Source: a virus
IMG/VR virus record: IMGVR_UViG_3300042541_003180
Span: 21,312-85,311 of that record
DNA length: 64,000 bases
Strand: one strand, 5' to 3'
The first letter of the stretch is position 1. Every line of letters starts with the position of its first letter. A model generated the notes under the pieces. That model searched no databases. It saw only the letters and a list, made by a program, of their open reading frames with translations, and was not told the origin of the DNA. Made by a program: the position numbers and the translations under genes. This document shows, piece by piece, positions 47,398 to 55,842 of this stretch.

Positions 47398-48142
47398 ACA
47401 AGTTCTTCATTCCATTTTTTTGTACACTCATATTAACCGTTTTAACTAAATCTTCTTTTGGTAGTGTTATTAATTGGTTAAGTAATTGGAGATTTCTTTG
47501 GTAATATAACATATTGGGTGTTTCTCTACTATGATATAAATGGTAACATTTATTTTTACATTCTGTCCAACTTAAAAAGTTTTTAACTTTGTGAGATTGA
47601 AAGTCGTCTTCTGCACCCCAACCCATGAAAGATTCATTCCAACCACCTATTTTAAGAATAGCTGATTTTCTGAAGATACAAATACCTCCACATAATGGTA
47701 CTTTTTGATGATCTGTTTCTCCACGACCTGGTCTGTCAATAAGTAGCATTTGATCTAATTGATAATTTGTTTCATTGGGTTGTAAATCAACAACAGAACT
47801 GTATGGATTAACCATTTCATATTTTTCAAGTAGTTTAACTGCTTCTATAAATTCATTAGGATTCATTATTAGGTCTGAATCTGCAAAAACTATAATATCG
47901 GACTTTGCCTCTTTGGTTGCAACATTAAATGCCCAAGATTTATTATATGGTTTATCCGATTTTAAGAAAATGTGTCTTGCTTTTAAAGGAAGATGTAATA
48001 TTTTTGAGTGTGTGTCTTGTTCTATAAGTATAACATCAACATTTGCAAACCCGCTAATCCAGTCTAATACTTTTTTAAGATTATGAAATCTATCTGGACT
48101 GTGTCTATACCCTATGATATAGGTAAAAGAATGTGTATTCAT
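47384..48142 (-). CDS. Glycosyltransferase (GT2/GT7 galactosyltransferase-like)
   Basis: YNKSWAFNVA, FADSD (DxD), GGWNESFMGWGAEDD, YHLYH. Confidence 0.9.
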   Translation of the reverse strand: MNTHSFTYIIGYRHSPDRFHNLKKVLDWISGFANVDVILIEQDTHSKILHLPLKARHIFLKSDKPYNKSWAFNVATKEAKSDIIVFADSDLIMNPNEFIEAVKLLEKYEMVNPYSSVVDLQPNETNYQLDQMLLIDRPGRGETDHQKVPLCGGICIFRKSAILKIGGWNESFMGWGAEDDFQSHKVKNFLSWTECKNKCYHLYHSRETPNMLYYQRNLQLLNQLITLPKEDLVKTVNMSVQKNGMKNLYDTF

Positions 48143-48182
48143 TAATAATTATTATTTTTCTAATTATATTATATTTTACTGA

Positions 48183-48335
48183 TTAGTTTAAAGGAGATAT
48201 GTAACCTTTTTGTTGAGTAATGAATAACATTTGATTGGTTGATAATTCATTATGATTCCAACCCACTTTTTTACAGTATTCTACTAAAAACTTTTCTCTT
48301 AAAATAGATATTTCTTGTTTTGTTTTAGTTTTCAT
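48183..48335 (-). CDS. Small hypothetical protein (50 aa, not in ORF track)
   Basis: MKTKTKQEISILREKFLVEYCKKVGWNHNELSTNQMLFITQQKGYISPLN. Confidence 0.6.
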   Translation of the reverse strand: MKTKTKQEISILREKFLVEYCKKVGWNHNELSTNQMLFITQQKGYISPLN

Positions 48336-48379
48336 AACTTTGATTTTTATTTTATATATAATTTTATTATCTTTGCATC

Positions 48380-48958
48380 ATGGTATTTAAAGTAAGAGGT
48401 ATATTAGATTTCAGTCCAGAGGACAAAACTAAGAAGCACGTTAGTCAAGCTTCTTGGAAGAGAGTTGCTATGATCCGAACTGAATGTGAATTAGATAAAT
48501 ACTATGCTTGGTTCTTAAAGAAGAGATTTAGTCTTGAATTAAATAGTACCTTGAGAGGAACTCACGTTACTTTTATCAATGATAAAATGGATGCTAAAAC
48601 ATTTGATCAATTTGCACAAATATTTGATGGTAAAGAAATTGATTTCTATGTTGAAACTGAGCCAAGAAGTAATGGTGAACACTGGTGGTTAAGGGTTCAC
48701 TGTCCAGAAGCAGAAAGTATTAGAGAAGTTATGGGTTTATCAAGAGAACCATTCTATGGAATGCACCTAACATTAGGATATGCCTTAGTTAAATATCCAG
48801 AGGCTACTGCACTAAATGATAGTCCACTTGCAATTAAAGTAAGAAAAGATTATATAGAACATTCTAAATATATTTTAGAGTGTTGTAAAAAAAATGAATT
48901 ATTATCTAATGAACCAAGAAAACCTTTAAGCGAACACGAGATAATAGAGTTTAAATAA
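48380..48958 (+). CDS. 2H phosphoesterase superfamily protein
   Basis: Two HxT motifs (GTHVTFI, GMHLTLG); host-type TATCTTTG promoter at 48368-48375. Confidence 0.65.
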   Translation: MVFKVRGILDFSPEDKTKKHVSQASWKRVAMIRTECELDKYYAWFLKKRFSLELNSTLRGTHVTFINDKMDAKTFDQFAQIFDGKEIDFYVETEPRSNGEHWWLRVHCPEAESIREVMGLSREPFYGMHLTLGYALVKYPEATALNDSPLAIKVRKDYIEHSKYILECCKKNELLSNEPRKPLSEHEIIEFK

Positions 48959-48984
48959 AAAAGAGGACTTAGTCCTCTTTTTTT
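48957..48984. terminator. Bidirectional intrinsic terminator
   Basis: aaaaaagaggac-tta-gtcctcttttttt. Confidence 0.85.
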
Positions 48985-49972
48985 ATGTTCTTGATTGATA
49001 CCACATTTGTTTTGGTTCTTCTTTAGGTTCATCTAATTGTTTTGGTTCTTCTTCTTTAATTTCCTCTTTCTTAGCTACTTCTCTTGGTATATCTGCGATA
49101 TTATAACGAAACCATTTATTATTTGGATTTCTATAATCTGTAGTACCCCTAAGTGATTCTACATCATCATATAAATGATTTACTTTTATACCATATTTTA
49201 ATGCGTGAATACATCTTTGGAAGTTTCTAGAATCTCCTAATAGTGAAAATATCTTCCAAATTTCTCCTTCGACATCATCATCTATTAGACTTGGTAGTAA
49301 TTTCTTAAACCTAAATGCACTATTTCTATCTGAAAATATACCATAATAATACATATCACGATATCCCTGACCGCCCGACATATACACAGATCTTGGATTA
49401 TTTTGTGGAAGTGACAAACTAATTGCTAAATCGGCAGTATCATCATAAAGTTCTTGTAATGTGTATTGTTTTGGTGGATCTTCTTCTTCCCACTCATCTG
49501 GATTATTCCAATTTTCCAATCCATCATCCCAGTTAGATAAATTTACCTTAAATGAAAATAACGGAACATCCCATCCTGGTAAAGACGAACCCATTTTTGA
49601 TTTTGTTTCTTCTAATGGTTCAAAATAAAATTCTATTGTAAAGTATAAGTCTCTTTGTGCATCTTCCCAAAGATCAAGCATTTCTTCTACTGATATGTCT
49701 TCATATCTTGTAGTAGTATCATTTATTACTGGAGATCCAGGAGTTTTTTTATTTAAAATAAACTTTACCTTAGGTTTAGTGAACTTAGTCTTTTTGTGTA
49801 TATCACTGTAGTTTTTAACAAGTTCTATATTATAGACACCCCATTCTTTTTCTGATCCATAATCTTTTAATTTTCTACCTTTCTCTATTTTGTGAGGTAT
49901 ATTCATAAATCTTTGTCCGGCATTTCTATATATTCTCGGTGTTAGTTCTTCAAAAGTTTTAATCCATTTCAT
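48983..49972 (-). CDS. CTS-like hypothetical protein
   Basis: MKWIKTFEEL; TAATATATA 4 nt upstream. Confidence 0.6.
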   Translation of the reverse strand: MKWIKTFEELTPRIYRNAGQRFMNIPHKIEKGRKLKDYGSEKEWGVYNIELVKNYSDIHKKTKFTKPKVKFILNKKTPGSPVINDTTTRYEDISVEEMLDLWEDAQRDLYFTIEFYFEPLEETKSKMGSSLPGWDVPLFSFKVNLSNWDDGLENWNNPDEWEEEDPPKQYTLQELYDDTADLAISLSLPQNNPRSVYMSGGQGYRDMYYYGIFSDRNSAFRFKKLLPSLIDDDVEGEIWKIFSLLGDSRNFQRCIHALKYGIKVNHLYDDVESLRGTTDYRNPNNKWFRYNIADIPREVAKKEEIKEEEPKQLDEPKEEPKQMWYQSRT

Positions 49973-50038
49973 AATGTATATATTATTTTTTAAACTCGTA
50001 TTTGTATTCTTGATATAAGAAAAAAAGATTTTTAATAA

Positions 50039-50869
50039 ATGATTAAAGCAGATAAGTATTACATAGAAAATCTAAAGAGAATTTTAGAAGAAAATAATAA
50101 AGATAGAGACGCTAGACCTAAATATAAAGACGGTGTAGAAGCCAATAGTTTATTTATAACACAAGTATTTGAAGAATATGACCTATCTAAAGGAGAGTTT
50201 CCAATTACTACATTAAGAAATACTGCTATTAAAACAGGTATCAATGAAATACTTTGGATATATCAAGATCAAGACTCTAACTTAGCAACCGCACACAATC
50301 GAGATATTATGTGGTGGGACGATTGGAACATAGGTAATGGTACAATTGGTCAAAGATATGGTGCAACCGTAAGAAAATGGGATTTGTTAAATAACCTTTT
50401 AAATGGTTTAAAGAATGATCCTTTTTCAAGAAGACATATTATGAATATGTTACAAGAATCTGACTTAAAACAAACAAATGGTTTATATCCTTGTGCATAT
50501 GAAACAATGTGGTCAGTTAGAGAAGTAAACGGAGAAATGTTTTTAGATATGACTTTGAATCAAAGAAGTAACGACTACATAATGGCTGGATATATAAATA
50601 AGATTCAGTATGTTGCACTTCAAATGATGATAGCATCACATTTAGGATATAAAGTAGGTAAGTTTTGTCATTTCATTCAGAACCTACATATTTATGATAG
50701 GCATATGGATGCGGTTAAAGAAATTTTAGAAAGAGAACCTTTACAACAACAACCAACATTAGAATTAAAATCAGGTCTAGACTTTTATAGTATAGCACTT
50801 GAAGACTTCAAAATATCAAATATAAAAGGTATTCAGAAGATAAAATCAGAATTGGAAATAGCAATATGA
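50039..50869 (+). CDS. thyA: Thymidylate synthase
   Basis: FPITTLR, EILW, PFSRRH, LYPC, QRSND, GYIN, NLHIYDRH. Confidence 0.95.
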   Translation: MIKADKYYIENLKRILEENNKDRDARPKYKDGVEANSLFITQVFEEYDLSKGEFPITTLRNTAIKTGINEILWIYQDQDSNLATAHNRDIMWWDDWNIGNGTIGQRYGATVRKWDLLNNLLNGLKNDPFSRRHIMNMLQESDLKQTNGLYPCAYETMWSVREVNGEMFLDMTLNQRSNDYIMAGYINKIQYVALQMMIASHLGYKVGKFCHFIQNLHIYDRHMDAVKEILEREPLQQQPTLELKSGLDFYSIALEDFKISNIKGIQKIKSELEIAI

Positions 50870-51015
50870 GAGAATTGACATTAGAGGAAAGAAAAAATTT
50901 ATTTTGTGTTAAGTATAAAAAAAATATATCTTATGGATATGATTTAGAACATGAAGACTTGGATAGACATGATATTCCAAGAAAAGTTGAAACTAATTCA
51001 AAAAAAGATATATAA
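50866..51015 (+). CDS. Small hypothetical protein (49 aa, not in ORF track)
   Basis: MRELTLEERKNLFCVKYKK...; ATGA overlap with the thyA stop. Confidence 0.55.
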   Translation: MRELTLEERKNLFCVKYKKNISYGYDLEHEDLDRHDIPRKVETNSKKDI

Positions 51016-51037
51016 TAAAAAAATAGTTATTAAAAAT

Positions 51038-51547
51038 ATGAGTAATGTAACAAGTTTAGACTTCTCACCACAATATATTGAAGACTTAGTTGAACAAGTT
51101 AAATCTTTAGATACTACAGAGTTATCTGATGAGTTATCGAAAGAAGAACAAGAAATTCAACAAAAGGTTGAAGAACAAAAAGTTTATTTTTGGATAAGAC
51201 TTTATCTAAAAGAAGAAAGTTCAGATTTAGAAGCAGGTGATGATATTACTATCAATTGGACACCTTCTGGTGAAAAACTACCAACAAAATTTATTTGTTA
51301 TGGTAAAACTGGACTTCAAAAAGACTATGAAGAAGAAATAGTAAACTATAATTCAGAAGATGATAAGAAAGTTCTTTGTTTGATGGTGGATGAAGGTATG
51401 GTTAACTATAATGAGGATATTCCTTTTATTAGAACTTTATTTAAAGTTGGTCGTCATTATGAATATCAATTAGTTAAAAGATCTGAATTACTTTTTATCA
51501 ATGATAGAAATGGTATGATTTTAGATTACTTCGACTGCACATTTTAG
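51038..51547 (+). CDS. Hypothetical protein; start reassigned to 51038
   Basis: MSNVTSLDF after an A-rich leader and AAAC-N16-ATATAA; avoids overlap with the 50866 ORF. Confidence 0.6.
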   Translation: MSNVTSLDFSPQYIEDLVEQVKSLDTTELSDELSKEEQEIQQKVEEQKVYFWIRLYLKEESSDLEAGDDITINWTPSGEKLPTKFICYGKTGLQKDYEEEIVNYNSEDDKKVLCLMVDEGMVNYNEDIPFIRTLFKVGRHYEYQLVKRSELLFINDRNGMILDYFDCTF

Positions 51548-51548
51548 T

Positions 51549-51740
51549 ATGATAGATATATATTTTATAGAATTCTTTATTAAAAGGAAATATAATATGA
51601 GTTTAGAACAATATTTCTCGGTAAATAGACCAACTGCTTCTAAGTGGAGAAATAAAAAGTTTCCTGATAATAGACTATTTGAATTCTCTCATAGAGAGGG
51701 AACAATTGATATACATGAATTAGTTAATAAAATATACTAA
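51549..51740 (+). CDS. Small HTH-like protein
   Basis: LEQYFSVNRPTASKWRNKKFP. Confidence 0.5.
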   Translation: MIDIYFIEFFIKRKYNMSLEQYFSVNRPTASKWRNKKFPDNRLFEFSHREGTIDIHELVNKIY

Positions 51741-51774
51741 GGGATGAGAAACATTTTTATATATATAAATAAAA

Positions 51775-52371
51775 ATGTTTCTTATGAAGACATGTAAAGT
51801 TTGTAATTTAGAGTTTGATTATAATAATTTTTATAAATCTACAAATAAAGATGGGTTAAAAAATGAATGTAAAAATTGTTATAACAATAAAAGATCTGAT
51901 TATAATAAAAGGTATAAATTAGAAAATAAAGAAAAACAAATACTAGTAAAGAAGATTTATTATATCAATAACAAAGAATACCTTATGAAAAAACATACAG
52001 AGTATTTGAATAAAAGATATAAAAATGATATACTATTTAGACTACAGATTTTAAGTAGAAGTTCTATTAAAAATATTTTTATAAATAAAAATATAAAGAA
52101 GAAATCAAAAACAAAAGAAATAATAGGTTGTTCTTTTGAAGAATTAAGGACTTATTTGGAAAACAAATTTGAACCTTGGATGAATTGGGATAATCAAGGT
52201 AGATATAATGGTGAATTTGATTATGGGTGGGATATAGATCATATTATACCTTTATCTTCTGCTAAAAATGAAGAAGATATAATAAAGTTAAGTCATTATT
52301 CCAACCTACAACCACTCTGTAGTAAGGTAAATAGAGATATAAAAAAAGACATATGGACACAAACTCGATAG
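51775..52371 (+). CDS. Free-standing HNH homing endonuclease
   Basis: CKVC...CKNC zinc motif, IGCSFEEL, MNWDNQG, WDIDHIIPLS, HYSNLQPLC...N. Confidence 0.85.
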   Translation: MFLMKTCKVCNLEFDYNNFYKSTNKDGLKNECKNCYNNKRSDYNKRYKLENKEKQILVKKIYYINNKEYLMKKHTEYLNKRYKNDILFRLQILSRSSIKNIFINKNIKKKSKTKEIIGCSFEELRTYLENKFEPWMNWDNQGRYNGEFDYGWDIDHIIPLSSAKNEEDIIKLSHYSNLQPLCSKVNRDIKKDIWTQTR

Positions 52372-52862
52372 AATATTTATTATTATCTTACTTTAATGAA
52401 GTAATTTGGGTGGATGAAAATCCAGCACAATTTACTATTTCTGAAACCTATAAGGAAAATGGAACAATTAAAGTTTCTACGAAAGATGAATTCTTTCATT
52501 TACAAGATTTGTTAGTAACCTCATTAGAGGATATTAACAAATTTTTATTTGAACAAATGTTAGATTGTAATTCAACAGATATTAACTTTTATCCTAAAAA
52601 TGTTATAACTAAACTATTCAATATAAAGTCAAATAAACGACTTAAAACTGAATTACATAATCTTACCTCAAATAACTGGATAATTACTTCTAATCAAATA
52701 TATGATACTTATATGAAAGATTTGGGATATAATGTTTACTTGTCAGATCAATTTGAAAATAAAATTGTTATTGGTGAAAAAGATTCTAAATTAATAATTA
52801 ATAGAAATCTAAAAGAGTTCTATTTGGATAAATCTAAAATTAGAGTGATAAACTTAAAATAA
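52353..52862 (+). CDS. Highly degenerate gp23-capsid-like relic / hypothetical protein
   Basis: EDINKFL, NNWIITSNQI, YNVYLSDQFENKIVIGEKD follow the order of gp23 C-terminal motifs. Confidence 0.4.
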   Translation: MDTNSIEYLLLSYFNEVIWVDENPAQFTISETYKENGTIKVSTKDEFFHLQDLLVTSLEDINKFLFEQMLDCNSTDINFYPKNVITKLFNIKSNKRLKTELHNLTSNNWIITSNQIYDTYMKDLGYNVYLSDQFENKIVIGEKDSKLIINRNLKEFYLDKSKIRVINLK

Positions 52863-52890
52863 AAAGTCGAGATAATTCTCGACTTTTTTT
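52861..52890. terminator. Bidirectional intrinsic terminator
   Basis: aaaaagtcgaga-taat-tctcgacttttttt. Confidence 0.85.
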
Positions 52891-53218
52891 ATTCTTCTAA
52901 ATAAGTAATTTTTATGTTTAGTGATTTTGCTAGTTCAACTTCTGCTAGTAGTCCAGTTGATTTATCCCAACCTTCTATTTTATAAATAAACATTTCATCT
53001 GATTTATATAAAAATGATTCACAGAAATTTTTCCAAAATTGCCAATCACCAGGCATTTCTTTATATTGTAATAAGGTGTGACCATATACGATAGGTGACA
53101 TAACTATATGACCTTGTGATACAAGTTCGGCAACTTTATTACAAGTTTTATTATATCTCTCATTAACAACATCTGGGTTACTATCTGAGTAAGGTGATGC
53201 AAAGTAAATTATTTTCAT
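52889..53218 (-). CDS. DUF1937 / nucleoside 2-deoxyribosyltransferase-like protein
   Basis: IYFASPYS, MSPIVYGH, GWDKSTGLLAEVELAKSL. Confidence 0.8.
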   Translation of the reverse strand: MKIIYFASPYSDSNPDVVNERYNKTCNKVAELVSQGHIVMSPIVYGHTLLQYKEMPGDWQFWKNFCESFLYKSDEMFIYKIEGWDKSTGLLAEVELAKSLNIKITYLEE

Positions 53219-53727
53219 TATTCTATACCTAATTGTCTTAATTTAAGATCTCTTTTAACAGAATCATCAACTATAAGTTGAACTTCACTTTTATTTATCC
53301 ATTTATCTTTCATAAATTGAATAATACCTGATTTTTTTGAAGCATCTCTTCCAATTTGATCCATCGATGTGAAATCAACTGCTTTAACTTTTATTCTATA
53401 TTCAGTTACTTCTAGAACTTCTAACTCATAAGTTACTTTAAAAGATTCTGGTTTCATTTTGTTACCATCCTTATCTGTATCAGTCCAACTAAGTCCATAG
53501 TCTGGATAAATAACTTTGTGTCCTGGTTCAATTGCAATTAAATCTTTCTTAAAAGCATCAGCTTTTTCCTTTTCCTTTGAGATTTTATCTTTTTCCTTTG
53601 AGATTTTATCTTTCTCTGCTCTTATTTCTTCACATTTAGAGTAAAGTTTAACAATTCCTATTAGAGAACCTAAGAGACACAATGATAATATAAATACTGT
53701 AGTTTGTAGTATTGTAATTGTGGTCAT
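53218..53727 (-). CDS. Membrane-anchored hypothetical protein
   Basis: N-terminal TM, 21-bp tandem duplication (KDKISKE)x2, C-terminal KRDLKLRQLGIE. Confidence 0.65.
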   Translation of the reverse strand: MTTITILQTTVFILSLCLLGSLIGIVKLYSKCEEIRAEKDKISKEKDKISKEKEKADAFKKDLIAIEPGHKVIYPDYGLSWTDTDKDGNKMKPESFKVTYELEVLEVTEYRIKVKAVDFTSMDQIGRDASKKSGIIQFMKDKWINKSEVQLIVDDSVKRDLKLRQLGIE

Positions 53728-53738
53728 ATTTTAATTTA

Positions 53739-54005
53739 TTAAAGTTCGTAATACATTTCACCATAAATTGGAGATCTTCTGATTATCTCCTTAACTAATT
53801 CAAATCCAATATCTTGTAGTGCATATTGGAAAGTTTGTCCATTTTCATGTTTAGTCACGATTTCTCCTGTTGCTAAATTTCTCATATCTACTTTAGTAAA
53901 GTAAACATCAGTTCTGGTATAACCAGTGCCGTGTGTAAATACACCACTTTTACATAAATTAGAGAACATATTCTCATTTAATGAAGTTCTTATTTCATTT
54001 GCCAT
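53739..54005 (-). CDS. Hypothetical protein
   Basis: 88 aa; upstream AAAC-N17-ATATAG and TATATTTG. Confidence 0.65.
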   Translation of the reverse strand: MANEIRTSLNENMFSNLCKSGVFTHGTGYTRTDVYFTKVDMRNLATGEIVTKHENGQTFQYALQDIGFELVKEIIRRSPIYGEMYYEL

Positions 54006-54135
54006 ATTAAAAATCTTTTTTAACTATATAGTTTTTTTATCAATTTGTTTATTAATCATACAAATATACAAAAAATTATATTTTTAACATATTATTTTTA
54101 ATATATAAATCACAATTAAAATTATATTATACTAT

Positions 54136-55842
54136 ATGAAATGGATTAAACCAAGAGATCTTTTTTTAGAAGCAAAAATACGTGACGTTATTTTACCTAG
54201 ACAAGCAATGGCAGTAACAAGTAAATGGGGTGATAGATACCTTGACTATGAAGAAGTTACACCAACAGATAAGATTATACAAGGAACTTGGAAATTATCT
54301 GAGGAAGATAAAAATGAAGTATTAGGTGTTTTCTGTCAAACAGATATGACTGTTTTGTTTGAATTATTCTCAAGTTTACCAGAACAATTTGGAAACGTTT
54401 TAAATCAATCAATTAATGTTGAACTTTTTAGAGAGAATAAAGATACATATTCTAGAATATTTGAAAGTTTTGATATTAGAAAACCTAAATTAGATCAAAT
54501 ACTTGTTATGTTTAGTTCAGTTTTTAGAAAACTATCCATTCCTGATACTATGGCAACTTCTGTTATCTCTAAAGATGCTAATAATAGACCTCTCAGAGAT
54601 GAACAAGGTAATATGATTAGAATTGAAAAACAACCTGGTGATCTAATATTTAGTAATAACTTAATTAATATAAACTCATTTATTTCAGATTATAATGATT
54701 TAGTTGATAAATGTGTTGAGGTTAATGTTGAAGGTTGGTCTGATACTGATAAAATGTCTTCTTCGACACTATTTTCTGATAATAGAAACTTATCACAATT
54801 TATAAACTTCGCTTCTACTAATGAGAATCCAAATTATAAGTTAGACTTTGAAATATTCAATAAAGATATTTTCTTAAAGATTACACATAACCCACAAGAT
54901 ATTTTAAATATGTCGATTTCTAAGTTTTATTCATCTTGTCAACATTTATATAGTGGCGGTTATAGTAGGCAAGTTTTATCTAACGTATTTGATCCAAACA
55001 GTATACCTGCATTTTTGATCTTTGAAACTCCTATTTTCTGGGACGATGAAAAAATTTCTGATCACTTACCTTTATCGAGAATGATTATTAGAAATCTTGA
55101 ATCTTTTGATAATTCGGCACCTACAAAATTATATTTTGATAGAGCTTACCCAGATAGAATGCAAAATAAGATTCAAGAAATTGTTACTAAATATAGTGGT
55201 AACGTAAGTACTGCTGATAGAGGTAGAGATAGATATTTATATACACCCGATATTGATTTTAATGATAACTTAGATACACCTTATCAGGATAGATTATCAG
55301 TAACTACAGGAAGAATGATTGGTAAAAATATTAAAACTTTATATTTGAATCAAATTGGAGATTGGAAAAATGTTAAAGTAGATCCAAATGCAAAAATTAA
55401 AGAACTAATTATTGAGACTACTGAAATTCCAGAAACATTATTAACAATAAATCTTAATCTAGATTGGATTAAATTTAAGTTTATTGAGATACATACACTA
55501 AAAGATTTTGATAGAATCAAAACAACAAATATTGCATTTGATAAATGTAGATTATCTAATAATGTTCTACAAGATATAAATGCTTCTAATCCAGGTATTA
55601 CAAAACTACAAATTATTAGTTGTGATAATGTTGGTTCATTTGATTTCTCTGAGTTTAAATCACTAGAGGAATTACAAGTAATATATACTTTAGATTCAGT
55701 AGAAGATTTAAAAACAATTGTACCTGAGAACTTGAAAAAATTAGTAATCTCTGGAGATTTAGCAACAAAAGAATCTAAGTCAATCTTAGGAGCTTTAAGA
55801 TCTAAAGGAGTAAAAATAGAAATTGTAGGACCAGTAATATGA
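54136..55842 (+). CDS. CTS-like protein with SSC-motif domain and C-terminal LRR-like repeats
   Basis: MKWIKPRDLFLE-A; NMSISKFYSSCQHL...LSRMIIR...YFDRAYP; IKTLYL/IKELII/ITKLQI/LEELQV/LKKLVI repeats; TAATATATA at 54099. Confidence 0.6.
   Translation: MKWIKPRDLFLEAKIRDVILPRQAMAVTSKWGDRYLDYEEVTPTDKIIQGTWKLSEEDKNEVLGVFCQTDMTVLFELFSSLPEQFGNVLNQSINVELFRENKDTYSRIFESFDIRKPKLDQILVMFSSVFRKLSIPDTMATSVISKDANNRPLRDEQGNMIRIEKQPGDLIFSNNLININSFISDYNDLVDKCVEVNVEGWSDTDKMSSSTLFSDNRNLSQFINFASTNENPNYKLDFEIFNKDIFLKITHNPQDILNMSISKFYSSCQHLYSGGYSRQVLSNVFDPNSIPAFLIFETPIFWDDEKISDHLPLSRMIIRNLESFDNSAPTKLYFDRAYPDRMQNKIQEIVTKYSGNVSTADRGRDRYLYTPDIDFNDNLDTPYQDRLSVTTGRMIGKNIKTLYLNQIGDWKNVKVDPNAKIKELIIETTEIPETLLTINLNLDWIKFKFIEIHTLKDFDRIKTTNIAFDKCRLSNNVLQDINASNPGITKLQIISCDNVGSFDFSEFKSLEELQVIYTLDSVEDLKTIVPENLKKLVISGDLATKESKSILGALRSKGVKIEIVGPVI

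Noticed and set aside
50039-50869. ThyA as dCMP/dUMP hydroxymethylase for DNA modification (a glycosyltransferase is nearby)
   Set aside because: It retains the dUMP-specifying Asn (GYIN) and standard TS motifs, and the glycosyltransferase is in a different transcription unit.
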